From positions 224,001 to 288,000 of the IMG/VR virus record IMGVR_UViG_3300025015_000009: DNA of 64,000 bases; one strand, given 5' to 3'. Position 1 is the first letter of the stretch. Each line of letters begins with the position of its first letter. Under the pieces are notes generated by a model, which saw only the letters and a list, made by a program, of their open reading frames with translations, was not told the DNA's origin and did not search any database. Of the stretch, positions 28,213 to 37,182 are shown one piece after another. Both the position numbers and the translations under genes were made by a program. The DNA is from a virus (taxonomy: Duplodnaviria; Heunggongvirae; Uroviricota; Caudoviricetes).

Positions 28213-28423
28213 ATCTATCCTCAGAGAAGTCTGTACGTCGATCAGGAGCAGACAGAGTTTTTAGTAGTAACCAAGTATCATACTCGTTTACCGGAACACT
28301 CTCCACACAGTACAAATTGTTGCTGTTTTCATGCTGAATACGTATTCCTAATGCAACTGCTTCTTCTTTGTCTCGACACGTCACATTGTGGTTCGGATCA
28401 AATTTGTTGTATACTATCCACAT
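28193..28423 (-). CDS. MWIVY..WLLCKTLAAP family protein 3
   Basis: MWIVYNK..WLLLKTLSAP. Confidence 0.75.
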   Translation of the reverse strand: MWIVYNKFDPNHNVTCRDKEEAVALGIRIQHENSNNLYCVESVPVNEYDTWLLLKTLSAPDRRTDFSEDRYVDLIR

Positions 28424-28427
28424 TATG

Positions 28428-28610
28428 TTAACGTCGCGGAATTGGCGCAGCAAGAGTTTTGCACAGCAACCAATCATTATATTCATAATATGAGATCTTA
28501 TCCATTCCGCGCATTCGATAATCAACCATTTTAACGTAATCTTTTGCTGCTTGCTTAGAATAAAATCGTATGTTGATTTTAGGTGCGTCGATTTGATACA
28601 CAATCCACAT
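28428..28610 (-). CDS. MWIVY..WLLCKTLAAP family protein 2
   Basis: MWIVYQI..WLLCKTLAAP. Confidence 0.75.
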   Translation of the reverse strand: MWIVYQIDAPKINIRFYSKQAAKDYVKMVDYRMRGMDKISYYEYNDWLLCKTLAAPIPRR

Positions 28611-28619
28611 TGCGCGTCC

Positions 28620-28868
28620 TTAAGTTGGTGTTAACAGGATAGAGAGTATCTTATGTAGTAGCCAAGAGGCGTGCTCACTGGCCAGACAGTTGTGAATGGC
28701 GAAATGGCCAGCTCGATAATTTACCATTTTCAGATATGTTGTTGCTGTTTTTTTAGAGTAAAACTGAACACTGTTTGCGGGGTTCACTTTCGGATATACA
28801 ATCCAAATTGATGCATCGTTGCCCTTTGTTGCACTGTTGTCTTTTAACAGGTTATTATCCGTTAACAT
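28620..28868 (-). CDS. MWIVY..WLLCKTLAAP family protein 1 (divergent)
   Basis: IWIVYPK..WLLHKILS; shares FYSK.TA..Y.KMV.YR with the next copy. Confidence 0.7.
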   Translation of the reverse strand: MLTDNNLLKDNSATKGNDASIWIVYPKVNPANSVQFYSKKTATTYLKMVNYRAGHFAIHNCLASEHASWLLHKILSILLTPT

Positions 28869-29163
28869 GTTTGCATGTACCTCTAAACTGAAAACCAGGA
28901 CACGAGCAGGTTGTTGTTCCTGCTACAGTCTTAATCGTATATATGTTTCCGTTTGATCCCTGCGCTGTTCTAGTCTCAGATTTTGTTTCAGTAAAAATAA
29001 AGGGGTCGTTGTTAACTTTAACTACGTTCTTCATCATGATAACACGAAATGGGAAGTCTCGAATATCAGTTGACATTCGAAGAGAGTTCGGGGGATCGTA
29101 CTTTGCACTAGATACGATATCCCCGTTGTATACCTGTCCGGTGTTACATGTAATCGTGTCCAT
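28855..29163 (-). CDS. SWIM zinc-finger protein
   Basis: GSNGNIYTI..CSCPGFQFRGTCKH. Confidence 0.8.
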   Translation of the reverse strand: MDTITCNTGQVYNGDIVSSAKYDPPNSLRMSTDIRDFPFRVIMMKNVVKVNNDPFIFTETKSETRTAQGSNGNIYTIKTVAGTTTCSCPGFQFRGTCKHVNG

Positions 29164-29165
29164 TG

Positions 29166-29729
29166 TTACACCATATACTGTTGTTCGAAGGTAGCCATTA
29201 TTGTGTCTGACTCGGCTTGACCTTGCTCGCAGATTCGACCGTAGTTGTCAGCCATCATGAATGCCTTGAAGCAAGGAAACCCGATCCCGATGCCTGGGTT
29301 CTTAAAATCATTAACAATTGCGATTTTCTTGGTGTTACCAACTACAGTCCAAAATGATTGATGATGCTCGATGAACCAACAGATTCGAATAACCTCAAAT
29401 GTAGTAAAGTTGTACCGGGACATAATCTCAGCAGCAATCTTAGCTGACGCAGCGTCGTGACCAGCAAAACTAAAATACTTGCCGCGTTGAGCGGATTCTT
29501 TAGCAACACGACATTGTGGTTTTCCAGTGTCGTGGAACAGGCAAGCAAACAGGCCAATGAAGAAGTCGTCGTTATCTTGTGAATAGTTGCTAGTGAATTC
29601 GTTGCACACCATCATAGTATGAACGTACACGGATTCTTCACGGTGATAGATCGAGTCTTCTTTGGTGTTTTTCATAACAGCGAAGATTGGTTCGTTGTTA
29701 AGTATTGTATTAAAAGTGTCGAAGTTCAT
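29166..29729 (-). CDS. HD-domain phosphohydrolase
   Basis: HREESVYVHT, FHDTGK, FAGHD, EHH, ADNYGR. Confidence 0.85.
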   Translation of the reverse strand: MNFDTFNTILNNEPIFAVMKNTKEDSIYHREESVYVHTMMVCNEFTSNYSQDNDDFFIGLFACLFHDTGKPQCRVAKESAQRGKYFSFAGHDAASAKIAAEIMSRYNFTTFEVIRICWFIEHHQSFWTVVGNTKKIAIVNDFKNPGIGIGFPCFKAFMMADNYGRICEQGQAESDTIMATFEQQYMV

Positions 29730-29740
29730 TGGTTGATTTG

Positions 29741-29828
29741 TGTACTCAATGTAAACATTATACACTCTTTAACCAAAAAGTCAACCAAAAAGATTGATTA
29801 TAACTCGTTGTTTCTATGTGATCTTACG
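29741..29828 (-). repeat. 88-bp promoter+IHF-like cassette, copy B1
   Basis: Nearly identical to 33287-33374; encodes the IRKIT* end of the upstream ORF. Confidence 0.9.
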
Positions 29829-30185
29829 AATCGAATCGAATCGCGATGCGTCGCTGTATAACTTTGTGCCACGCTCTCGTATTAGGTCAGCAGCATTTTG
29901 CGGGTCATCATCAAACAATTGCTCGATGTCTTCTTTATATATCTCAGGGGACCCATGGATTGAATATATCTCATATCGACGCTGCGAGTTTGCTCTTGCC
30001 CGCATAATCATATGAGACACCCTACTGTTAAGTTGTTGCATTACATCTGTTTGCACACCGGTTTTAATAACACCAAACAGTTCGTTGTCTTTTAGCTCTT
30101 TAACTGAGAAGACATAATCTAATCCAGTCATGTCCCAGGACACGATAAAGATATTAGTGTCGTCTAATTCAACGCTGGTAGTCAT
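29814..30185 (-). CDS. Hypothetical protein
   Basis: WDMTGL..MRARANSQRRYEIY; AGGAG RBS. Confidence 0.7.
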   Translation of the reverse strand: MTTSVELDDTNIFIVSWDMTGLDYVFSVKELKDNELFGVIKTGVQTDVMQQLNSRVSHMIMRARANSQRRYEIYSIHGSPEIYKEDIEQLFDDDPQNAADLIRERGTKLYSDASRFDSIRKIT

Positions 30186-30192
30186 ATGGCTC

Positions 30193-30384
30193 CTAATGAA
30201 TTCTAGATTCGATTATGTTAGTACATGCAACGAGGGTAGGGTCGATTAGTACAACAGACTCAACACAACATTTCGCTCCGCGTTCGACTCTTGTTGCGAA
30301 CTCAGTGATTGCATCTTCTAGCGTAGTGGAATTGTCGTCGTAGTCTATACAAACTGACATAGTAATATCAATACCAACTCTCAT
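30193..30384 (-). CDS. Hypothetical protein
   Basis: GAGG RBS. Confidence 0.5.
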   Translation of the reverse strand: MRVGIDITMSVCIDYDDNSTTLEDAITEFATRVERGAKCCVESVVLIDPTLVACTNIIESRIH

Positions 30385-30447
30385 GGTGTTACCTCTGTGG
30401 TGTTATTGTGCATCAACGATGCGTTTGCGATGTGACGTCTCATGTTA

Positions 30448-31395
30448 CTATAGAACTGGTAAGAATTTTCGGTATTCGTCTGACACAGAAGAAAGACACA
30501 CAACACTAGCTACTACCCCGTACAAGGGGACGATCTTGCCACACATGGCTTCTACCTGTGCGCGGTGCTCTTTGAAGTCTTTGTATATGTTGGGGATAGC
30601 CCAATATCGGGTCATCACAACATGTTTGGAGTGTGCCGCAACGTTTGCCTCGTCTTCTGTCAAATATACGCTAACAGGAGTATCGTTCATGTAACTCTTT
30701 AGCCAGGCGTCATCTTTAGTGTGCCTGACAATCCACACAGGGAATGCAGCGGCATACGCCATCTTCCGACGGCGAATGGTATCAAGTTGTCCGTGAATAA
30801 GCCCTAACTCTGTAGTATGTGCGCTCAAACCACCAGACACGTTGCGTAGATTGTCTATAAGGCGCGCCTCTTCTTGTTCTAGGGTTTCATCTGATCGATG
30901 ATCCCGGTGCGAGATCGGAATATCCCACACCATGCGTTGGGTTCTGCGATACCAAACCGTGAAGTCCAATGGCATATCCCCGTCACAGTCGCTACCCCAT
31001 TTCAGTTCTAGCATAGCGTTAACCAGCCCGTAAACCTGATCCAGTTGTTCTGGGGAAATATCAGGCCAATCCGCCCTATCATTGTCGGGGGACATCAGGA
31101 AGGTTTTCAACCCCTTCAGATAGGTATCCACTTGGTTTTCGTGGTTAACCAAGTTAAGGTAAGTCGCCCCTTCTGTGGAGAGCTTCCAGTCTTCCAGTAC
31201 CCCAAAAGCGGCATCGGCTTTTCCCTGCACCTCGCGATCAACTGTTTCGGAATACCCCAACTCCCCCGGTTCCGGGTAGTTGTTGACGGTATCTAAAGCC
31301 TTGGTGTACGCTGCAACCAGCGCCGCATGTTTTTCCTGTGAGGGGTTGCGCGCCAGTCCGTGTGTCGGGGTGTTGTTTGTAGTGGTATCTGTCAT
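30448..31395 (-). CDS. Hypothetical protein
   Basis: 315-aa ORF; AAGGA RBS. Confidence 0.65.
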   Translation of the reverse strand: MTDTTTNNTPTHGLARNPSQEKHAALVAAYTKALDTVNNYPEPGELGYSETVDREVQGKADAAFGVLEDWKLSTEGATYLNLVNHENQVDTYLKGLKTFLMSPDNDRADWPDISPEQLDQVYGLVNAMLELKWGSDCDGDMPLDFTVWYRRTQRMVWDIPISHRDHRSDETLEQEEARLIDNLRNVSGGLSAHTTELGLIHGQLDTIRRRKMAYAAAFPVWIVRHTKDDAWLKSYMNDTPVSVYLTEDEANVAAHSKHVVMTRYWAIPNIYKDFKEHRAQVEAMCGKIVPLYGVVASVVCLSSVSDEYRKFLPVL

Positions 31396-31671
31396 GTTTA
31401 TATCCTTAGTTGCGGTGTGGGTTATACTTCGGTGATTAGCTTGACTTCCGGCTTACGGTCAGTGCGTGTTTTGCACAGGTAGTGGTAGCTTACATAATCA
31501 AAAGTCAGTTTGTCGGGAAAAATACATAATAGCCCCGTCGATAACCAAGCCTGTTACGCCGTGTGGTACGCTCAATTCCTGCACTTTCAAGCAATCCTCC
31601 TCGGATTTCCACACTAAGCATTTTTGGTACATTATAGAGGTAGTCATGTTTGCTCCTTATTTGAAGAAGTC

Positions 31672-31699
31672 ATTATACACGTTCCCGTGTATTTGTCAA
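31672..31699 (-). promoter_or_regulatory. sigma70 promoter
   Basis: TTGACA-N16-TATAAT followed by AAGGAG and a 49-aa ORF (31498-31647). Confidence 0.7.
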
Positions 31700-31753
31700 G
31701 TAATTGCAACGGCTACTGCGAGATATTTAAGTTGTTTTTTTCATGAGTAACCC

Positions 31754-31966
31754 TTAGTGATTACACTTGTCCATGCCGTAGCTGGTAAGAATGTCGGAAA
31801 CGACTTTTCCAGAACACATCCGCACGGTCAAACCAGCCGCTTTCCATGCAGCCACAGTAGGAGCAGAGTAATCTAGCGAATCTGGGTCAGCAGGAACAAT
31901 TCCGCAAATCTTGTCGCTCAGACCTTTAACAGCACAGTAATACTGACAGTTATCTGGGAACATCAT
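31754..31966 (-). CDS. Hypothetical protein
   Basis: ATGA overlap; GGAG RBS. Confidence 0.55.
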   Translation of the reverse strand: MMFPDNCQYYCAVKGLSDKICGIVPADPDSLDYSAPTVAAWKAAGLTVRMCSGKVVSDILTSYGMDKCNH

Positions 31967-32580
31967 GACTTTACTCCAGTATATAAATTGATTGTCTGTT
32001 GCGCGGCACGGAGATAAAAACCACCAAGACTTCCATGACCAGCTTTGTCAGCATTGTCCAATTCAATCAACAGCGCGCACAGTACCCGCAACACTTTTTC
32101 TTCCGACATGCCTTTTATCCGAGCAAACTTTCTCTCCCCTTGGATAGACACCCCACCGCGTCCAAGGTCTGTGTCATCGAGTACCACCGGCACAACGGCA
32201 ACCTTTGACATGGTAAGCTGTGCGAACAAGATAGCCTTGCGGACAGCTTCTTCGTCACGCTGCTCCATCGCCGTACAAGCTTCATTGAGATATTTGTGCA
32301 AATCTACTAAAACGGCGTTCATTATTTTCCCTTGTTTAAGACGGCGATGCCATTCACGCTTCAATTCCACAGCGTACCAGCAGCCGTCTGGAAGAGCTTC
32401 GATATGTTTCGCATATTGCTCGTGCGACATATCTATAAATTTACCATCCTTGATAAAAACGCTATCAAGAGTATCCCCGATAATTTTCACTTGCGCTTCA
32501 AAAATCTTCTGTGCCTTACGCACTTTAGCTATTGACTTGGAAAAACCAGCGGCAAACTTTTCGGTGTTATTAGCAGGCAT
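31963..32580 (-). CDS. Hypothetical protein
   Basis: AGGAGG RBS. Confidence 0.6.
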   Translation of the reverse strand: MPANNTEKFAAGFSKSIAKVRKAQKIFEAQVKIIGDTLDSVFIKDGKFIDMSHEQYAKHIEALPDGCWYAVELKREWHRRLKQGKIMNAVLVDLHKYLNEACTAMEQRDEEAVRKAILFAQLTMSKVAVVPVVLDDTDLGRGGVSIQGERKFARIKGMSEEKVLRVLCALLIELDNADKAGHGSLGGFYLRAAQQTINLYTGVKS

Positions 32581-32613
32581 TCTACGCCCTCCTAGGTGTG
32601 TTTACGATACGGA

Positions 32614-32796
32614 TCATTTTACCTGTTTCTGTGTATCTGTCGCTAGGTTTGGGCGGCAACGCCTATAGTCTCCGGTCTTAGGGTTATAGTCAATGACCTC
32701 AAGCCACAACCAATACCCATAAACGTCTCTCACTGGGAAAAACGCAAATACCCGTCTTGCCGCCTGCATGTTTTTATATCCTCTTCCAAATTTCAT
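32614..32796 (-). CDS. Small protein, FAF.P..W.W family
   Basis: RRVFAFFPV..YWLWLE, similar to 46834 and 47088. Confidence 0.55.
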   Translation of the reverse strand: MKFGRGYKNMQAARRVFAFFPVRDVYGYWLWLEVIDYNPKTGDYRRCRPNLATDTQKQVK

Positions 32797-32864
32797 TGCC
32801 TACTCCATTCTTGAAATTGAATCTATTGTGTCGGTTTGTATATTCGGTTATTCTTAGATCCACG

Positions 32865-33083
32865 TTAGGTGTCGTCACTCACCCACTCTACGTCGTAGTT
32901 ACCAATCTTGTCAACAAGAGGTCGGATCGACGGGTAGTAGGTTTCACCATTGAATACAAAAAACACCCCGCCGGAGTTCATCACCAGCATGTCTTTACCG
33001 GTTGGCTTGTACCGTGTGCCGGCCTTCTCTTTGTCCGGGTTGTCTTTGCTGTAGTAAATCTTGAATTTCTTTCTCACACGCAT
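32865..33083 (-). CDS. Hypothetical protein
   Basis: AGGAG RBS. Confidence 0.6.
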   Translation of the reverse strand: MRVRKKFKIYYSKDNPDKEKAGTRYKPTGKDMLVMNSGGVFFVFNGETYYPSIRPLVDKIGNYDVEWVSDDT

Positions 33084-33139
33084 CTCCTATGCCCGCCACT
33101 TGCGTCAACGCGGACGCTCCGCCACACGTTATGCGGTGG

Positions 33140-33268
33140 TTATTTCTTGCCAGCAACAATATAGACCAATACAACTACTGCTATCAGCATCAAACCTAAA
33201 AGCACCAATACGCCAACAGTAGATAAATGACAAAGCCAGTTAGCTGAACATGCAACAGACCAATTCAT
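33140..33268 (-). CDS. Small membrane protein
   Basis: Hydrophobic stretch then KK; follows the cassette promoter. Confidence 0.5.
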   Translation of the reverse strand: MNWSVACSANWLCHLSTVGVLVLLGLMLIAVVVLVYIVAGKK

Positions 33269-33286
33269 ATCATCGTCCTTAATTCG

Positions 33287-33374
33287 TGTACTCAATGTAA
33301 ACATTATACACTCTTTAACCAAAAAGTCAACCAAGAAGATTAACTGTAACTCGTTGTTTCTATGTGATCTTACG
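33287..33374 (-). repeat. 88-bp promoter+IHF-like cassette, copy B2
   Basis: Direct repeat of 29741-29828. Confidence 0.9.
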
Positions 33375-33746
33375 TATGTCGATATCAATCATACTGTTAA
33401 TATGGTACTTGTTTATCCAGCGGGAGATTACAGTGTCGCTAAGCGATATCATGTGCTGTAGTTGCTCTGCACTGTCCGCTTCGATACCGAACGCTAACTC
33501 TCCGTATTCCTGCGTTTCCTTTAACCTGCCGCAGTTAGTCTTAGCAAACTCTTGGTCCAGCATGTTCCATAGGTGCTGTGCATAGGTGGTGTGTTTCTGC
33601 CCTATACGCTGTGACGACGCCTCTAATATGTGTTGCGGCCTGTTACGTTCATTGGCCTCGTCAAGCACAAACTCTAACTTATGTTGGTGCTTGGTTACCA
33701 CGTAGCACCAACATTGCCAGGTGCTTACCTCAATGTTTACGCTCAT
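33360..33746 (-). CDS. Hypothetical protein
   Basis: Ends IRKIT* inside the cassette. Confidence 0.55.
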   Translation of the reverse strand: MSVNIEVSTWQCWCYVVTKHQHKLEFVLDEANERNRPQHILEASSQRIGQKHTTYAQHLWNMLDQEFAKTNCGRLKETQEYGELAFGIEADSAEQLQHMISLSDTVISRWINKYHINSMIDIDIRKIT

Positions 33747-33782
33747 TCTAGTGTGCCGTCGATGTGATATCTAACTTTCATG

Positions 33783-33989
33783 TTAACTCCATTTGAGTGC
33801 AAACAACGTTGCATCTTCTTCTGTTTTAAACTTGAAGCAGACTTCGTGGTGCAGCATAAATTCACACGTCCACCGCAATGCTCCGAATGTAGTGTCGCAC
33901 CACTGTTCCCTCTGACACCTAGTCTGATAGAACTCAAGGTTTTCTATCAATGTTACATAAAACGGGTATATAAATTCTAATCTTAGCAT
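33783..33989 (-). CDS. F..DA.LF.L.W family small protein
   Basis: YPFYVT..EQWCDTTFG..FKTEEDATLFALKWS. Confidence 0.75.
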   Translation of the reverse strand: MLRLEFIYPFYVTLIENLEFYQTRCQREQWCDTTFGALRWTCEFMLHHEVCFKFKTEEDATLFALKWS

Positions 33990-34026
33990 TATGTGCTATA
34001 GTCTTTAATCAAAAAGTTACCCGTTA

Positions 34027-34497
34027 CTAAAAAGGAATATCATCGTCGAACTCGTCGACGAACTCTTTGTTTGTTCTGCTCTTAGAGGATGGTTTGTTAT
34101 CCAATTTGGTTCTAAATGCATCCCATCCGATGGCCACGGCAGCGGCAAACATAGAGATTCGTCTGAGCTGGTTATCAAATATAATTCTGGTTGTTGTTAG
34201 AGTGCGGTCAAACCACCCTTCTTGTGCCAGATACTCATCCATGTACTGGATTGCATCGTTGTAGTTTTCGCGATACTCACTTGGTATGCAACCAATGAAT
34301 ACCAGTGCCATTGGAGTTGTGTGTATAGTTGTTGGCGACATTACTTCCCCAACACCGTTGTTGTACAGATTTAGGTTCCAGTGCCCGTTAATAACCCATA
34401 GCTTGATGTGAGTCGGGTGTACACTGGTTACTTCACAGTATAAACTGACGTGCCTAGATCCGGTGCCGGCAACTCCTACTAAGTCTCCTACTTTCAT
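34027..34497 (-). CDS. Hypothetical protein with SSB-like acidic DDDIPF tail
   Basis: AAGGAG RBS; C-terminus DEFDDDIPF. Confidence 0.6.
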   Translation of the reverse strand: MKVGDLVGVAGTGSRHVSLYCEVTSVHPTHIKLWVINGHWNLNLYNNGVGEVMSPTTIHTTPMALVFIGCIPSEYRENYNDAIQYMDEYLAQEGWFDRTLTTTRIIFDNQLRRISMFAAAVAIGWDAFRTKLDNKPSSKSRTNKEFVDEFDDDIPF

Positions 34498-34528
34498 CTA
34501 TTCTTCTCCTTGTGTTACGTTTTAGACA

Positions 34529-34861
34529 TCACGCCGTTTGCTCGTTTAGCATTCCTGCAATCTGTACAGCAGCTTTCCAGCCGTCGTCGGTTGGCTCAAA
34601 CCTAGCAAACGGTGACGTCGCCTCAGTGGAAAAGTGCGGATCTAACGTAGTGAGTGATTTGAGCCACTTCAATGACATGTCTCTGAAGACAAGGATTTTT
34701 TTACCTTCAAAGTTAGTGCAATTGGGATAAACAACTATTGCAACAATGCAGTTTCCGACTGCTATCGTTTCTTCGATATAAAATTTACTCGGGTCTGGAT
34801 TTGGGGCCGCTATGTCAAATGGTGCTGTGCGGCAGTTTCTTCTAAACATGTTGATTCCCAT
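34529..34861 (-). CDS. Hypothetical protein
   Basis: PNPDP..YPNCTNFEGKKIL..LDPHF..ARFEPT..GW. Confidence 0.65.
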   Translation of the reverse strand: MGINMFRRNCRTAPFDIAAPNPDPSKFYIEETIAVGNCIVAIVVYPNCTNFEGKKILVFRDMSLKWLKSLTTLDPHFSTEATSPFARFEPTDDGWKAAVQIAGMLNEQTA

Positions 34862-34875
34862 GTTCTTCTCCGGTG

Positions 34876-35058
34876 TTAATTCGTTGCTAGTTCTTCGAGT
34901 GCAGTTCGAAGTGAAGTCATTTCGGACATGAGCTCTGCAATCTCAGTCGATATGTCGTCCGGCATGTCTTCCGGTAGAACACCCGAATAATCTGATTTTA
35001 TGTTTCGAATCAAATATGCAATTTGTTGTTTGCGCTTTACCATTTCTTTCTTAGTCAT
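34876..35058 (-). CDS. Hypothetical protein
   Basis: GAGG RBS. Confidence 0.5.
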   Translation of the reverse strand: MTKKEMVKRKQQIAYLIRNIKSDYSGVLPEDMPDDISTEIAELMSEMTSLRTALEELATN

Positions 35059-35083
35059 TTCGTTGCCTCGTTTAGTTGCTGTC

Positions 35084-36022
35084 TTAGAATCGAATATTTG
35101 GATCGCCAACCTGAAACACTTTTAACCCCATCTCACGCCAGTTATCACATACAACTGGCCTATCGTCGATAATAAATTGCACATTATACTCATCTGCAAT
35201 ATCTCGCCAAAAGATCTCTTCTTTAACGACAGTGTCTTTACGCATGTCGTTTGGAGCCCGCATGATTAACTTGTTAAAGCTAATGTTGTTATCAAGAAGC
35301 CACTGCCTTGTTTCTGGTTCACATACCCCGTCTCGCCCAGACAATACAATAACGTCAACCATGTCGTAAACGGCATTGATCAAAAACCTGACCTGGTGGT
35401 CAACGTCGTCTAGCCCCACTTTGTCCCAATCGAATGCCCCACGTTTACCGTTCATGTGAGCCAGGGTGCCGTCTATGTCAACCAGGATACAAGCAGGTTG
35501 TGTTTTGTCTGCAACGTAAGTTTTTCGCCCAATATATGCCAACCAATCGTTATATTGCTTCGCAATTACAGAGTGGCCAACGCCATTCGCGCGCGCCGCA
35601 TCTCGTGCCCATGCCTCTTCAAGCGAAATAGGAAACGTCTTAATCGTGACGGTGTACCCGTGCTTAGTTAGCAGTTCTGTTAATGTTGCTCGAGTTTTTG
35701 GATTTAGATTAGTGTCGGATACAACGATGTTGCGTTTATTTTTAGCATGGTCGGAGATAGCAGCGTGAATGATAGCAGTGACTTCGCCTTCACGCTTCCA
35801 TTTCCAGTTTGCCCAGGTAAATTCCTTCCCGGTTGCTTCGACTAGTTTCTTTCGCACTCTGTCGCGATTTACTTCAACATATCGGCTAACGTACTGAATA
35901 GCTCCGTCTTCGTTGAACCCGAGACTGACCCATCCGCTATCTTCTACTAACTTCTCGGCAAAGGTAGATTTTCCTGACGCAGAGATACCAACTGTTAGTA
36001 TTGCTTCGAGTTTATTATCCAT
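35084..36022 (-). CDS. pseT: Polynucleotide 5'-kinase / 3'-phosphatase
   Basis: GISASGKS, NRDRVR, SDTNL kinase; DIDGTLA, SGR, DDR HAD phosphatase. Confidence 0.92.
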   Translation of the reverse strand: MDNKLEAILTVGISASGKSTFAEKLVEDSGWVSLGFNEDGAIQYVSRYVEVNRDRVRKKLVEATGKEFTWANWKWKREGEVTAIIHAAISDHAKNKRNIVVSDTNLNPKTRATLTELLTKHGYTVTIKTFPISLEEAWARDAARANGVGHSVIAKQYNDWLAYIGRKTYVADKTQPACILVDIDGTLAHMNGKRGAFDWDKVGLDDVDHQVRFLINAVYDMVDVIVLSGRDGVCEPETRQWLLDNNISFNKLIMRAPNDMRKDTVVKEEIFWRDIADEYNVQFIIDDRPVVCDNWREMGLKVFQVGDPNIRF

Positions 36023-36027
36023 GACTA

Positions 36028-36228
36028 TTAGCTCCATTTTAGTGCAAATAAAATTGCATCGTTTTCGTCCTTAAAACGGAAAGTAACCGTTTTCTCGTGT
36101 GCCTTACCAGGGTCGATGAACCAGGCATCTGTTCCCAGTACTTCTCTGCACCATATTATTCTTGGTGATCCAGACCTTATTGCTGTTACCTCGACACCAA
36201 ATGGCCAGTCTGGAAACAAGTGGTTCAC
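36028..36228 (-). CDS. F..DA.LF.L.W family small protein
   Basis: WPFGV..IWCRE..FKDENDAILFALKWS. Confidence 0.75.
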   Translation of the reverse strand: MNHLFPDWPFGVEVTAIRSGSPRIIWCREVLGTDAWFIDPGKAHEKTVTFRFKDENDAILFALKWS

Positions 36229-36455
36229 GCCCATTTTAGTGCAAACAGTGTTGCGTCTTCTGCTTTGTTGAACTCGTATAGACTAGAATTAAATCTATAT
36301 TCGCGCCGCCACTCAGTTTGTCCTATCGTGTTGTCGCACCATTGCCGTATTATGGTCTGATCATGTATAAACCCGCTGTGACCTCTGTGACCGCTGGGTA
36401 ATGATACAGTAAATGGGTATGCAAACGAAGCAGGTGTTTTACTCTCACTGTTCAT
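36225..36455 (-). CDS. F..DA.LF.L.W family small protein
   Basis: YPFTV..QWCDN..FNKAEDATLFALKWA. Confidence 0.75.
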   Translation of the reverse strand: MNSESKTPASFAYPFTVSLPSGHRGHSGFIHDQTIIRQWCDNTIGQTEWRREYRFNSSLYEFNKAEDATLFALKWA

Positions 36456-36460
36456 GTTTA

Positions 36461-36670
36461 TTAGCTCCATTTTAGTGCAAACAAGATTGCATCGTTCTTG
36501 CTCTGAAATCGAAAGATAGTTCCAGGGTGATCTCGGCCAGCGACTGTCCAGGTACCGTGTTTGTAGAAATCAACGCACCACTCGTATCTTGCTCTGCTCA
36601 TTGAAAACGGCGCAAGCGGGCATATAACAGTGAACGGAAACCGCTCTTGTATTGTTAGAGTTAGAGCCAT
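36461..36670 (-). CDS. F..DA.LF.L.W family small protein
   Basis: FPFTV..EWCVD..FQSKNDAILFALKWS. Confidence 0.75.
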   Translation of the reverse strand: MALTLTIQERFPFTVICPLAPFSMSRARYEWCVDFYKHGTWTVAGRDHPGTIFRFQSKNDAILFALKWS

Positions 36671-36849
36671 TGTAGTGCGAACAGCATTGCGTCTTCTTCA
36701 TTAGTAAATCCAAATGTATATTTGAATCCAGGTATACTCTTTGCGTATAAAATTGTCCAGGTGTTCTGTGTAAAAACAGTGTTACACCAGACATATTTTC
36801 TGTTAGAATTTGCAGCGGAAACAGTAACACAGAAAGAGAATTGGCTCAT
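36661..36849 (-). CDS. F..DA.LF.L.W family small protein
   Basis: FSFCV..VWCNT..FTNEEDAMLFALQWL. Confidence 0.75.
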   Translation of the reverse strand: MSQFSFCVTVSAANSNRKYVWCNTVFTQNTWTILYAKSIPGFKYTFGFTNEEDAMLFALQWL

Positions 36850-36851
36850 TG

Positions 36852-37115
36852 CTATGCAGTGTATGTTTTAATCGAATCCCAGCGGAAACTTCGCCATGCG
36901 TTCGCATCAACATCAAATACAGGACAAACGTCGGCACAGCGACTCTTCTCTTTCTTGTTTGCGTCCTCTACTAACACAGGAGGCAAAATGTTTGGAGATA
37001 GTGTGCATCGCATTGTGCGCAGTGACCCATCTTTCTTAGTAAACGAAACAGTAACTATCCCGGCTGCTAACATATTATGTAGTTCTTCTTGCGTGGCAGT
37101 GTTATTGACGAACAT
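36852..37115 (-). CDS. WYL_2/Sm-like SH3 beta-barrel protein
   Basis: GIVTVSFTKKDGSLRTMRCT..VFDVDANAWRSFR. Confidence 0.8.
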   Translation of the reverse strand: MFVNNTATQEELHNMLAAGIVTVSFTKKDGSLRTMRCTLSPNILPPVLVEDANKKEKSRCADVCPVFDVDANAWRSFRWDSIKTYTA

Positions 37116-37137
37116 AGTATCCTCTAACTTAAAATGC

Positions 37138-37166
37138 ATTATACTACCTTATTGGCATAAAGTCAA
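37138..37166 (-). promoter_or_regulatory. sigma70 promoter
   Basis: TTGACT-N17-TATAAT. Confidence 0.75.
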
Positions 37167-37182
37167 CCAAATAATGCACGGA

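Noticed and set aside
24615-33388. Shared N-terminal peptide (LVDFL)VKECIM in several track ORFs (also 10178-10360)
   Set aside because: It is the translation of the repeated promoter DNA. True starts lie downstream, after the RBS.
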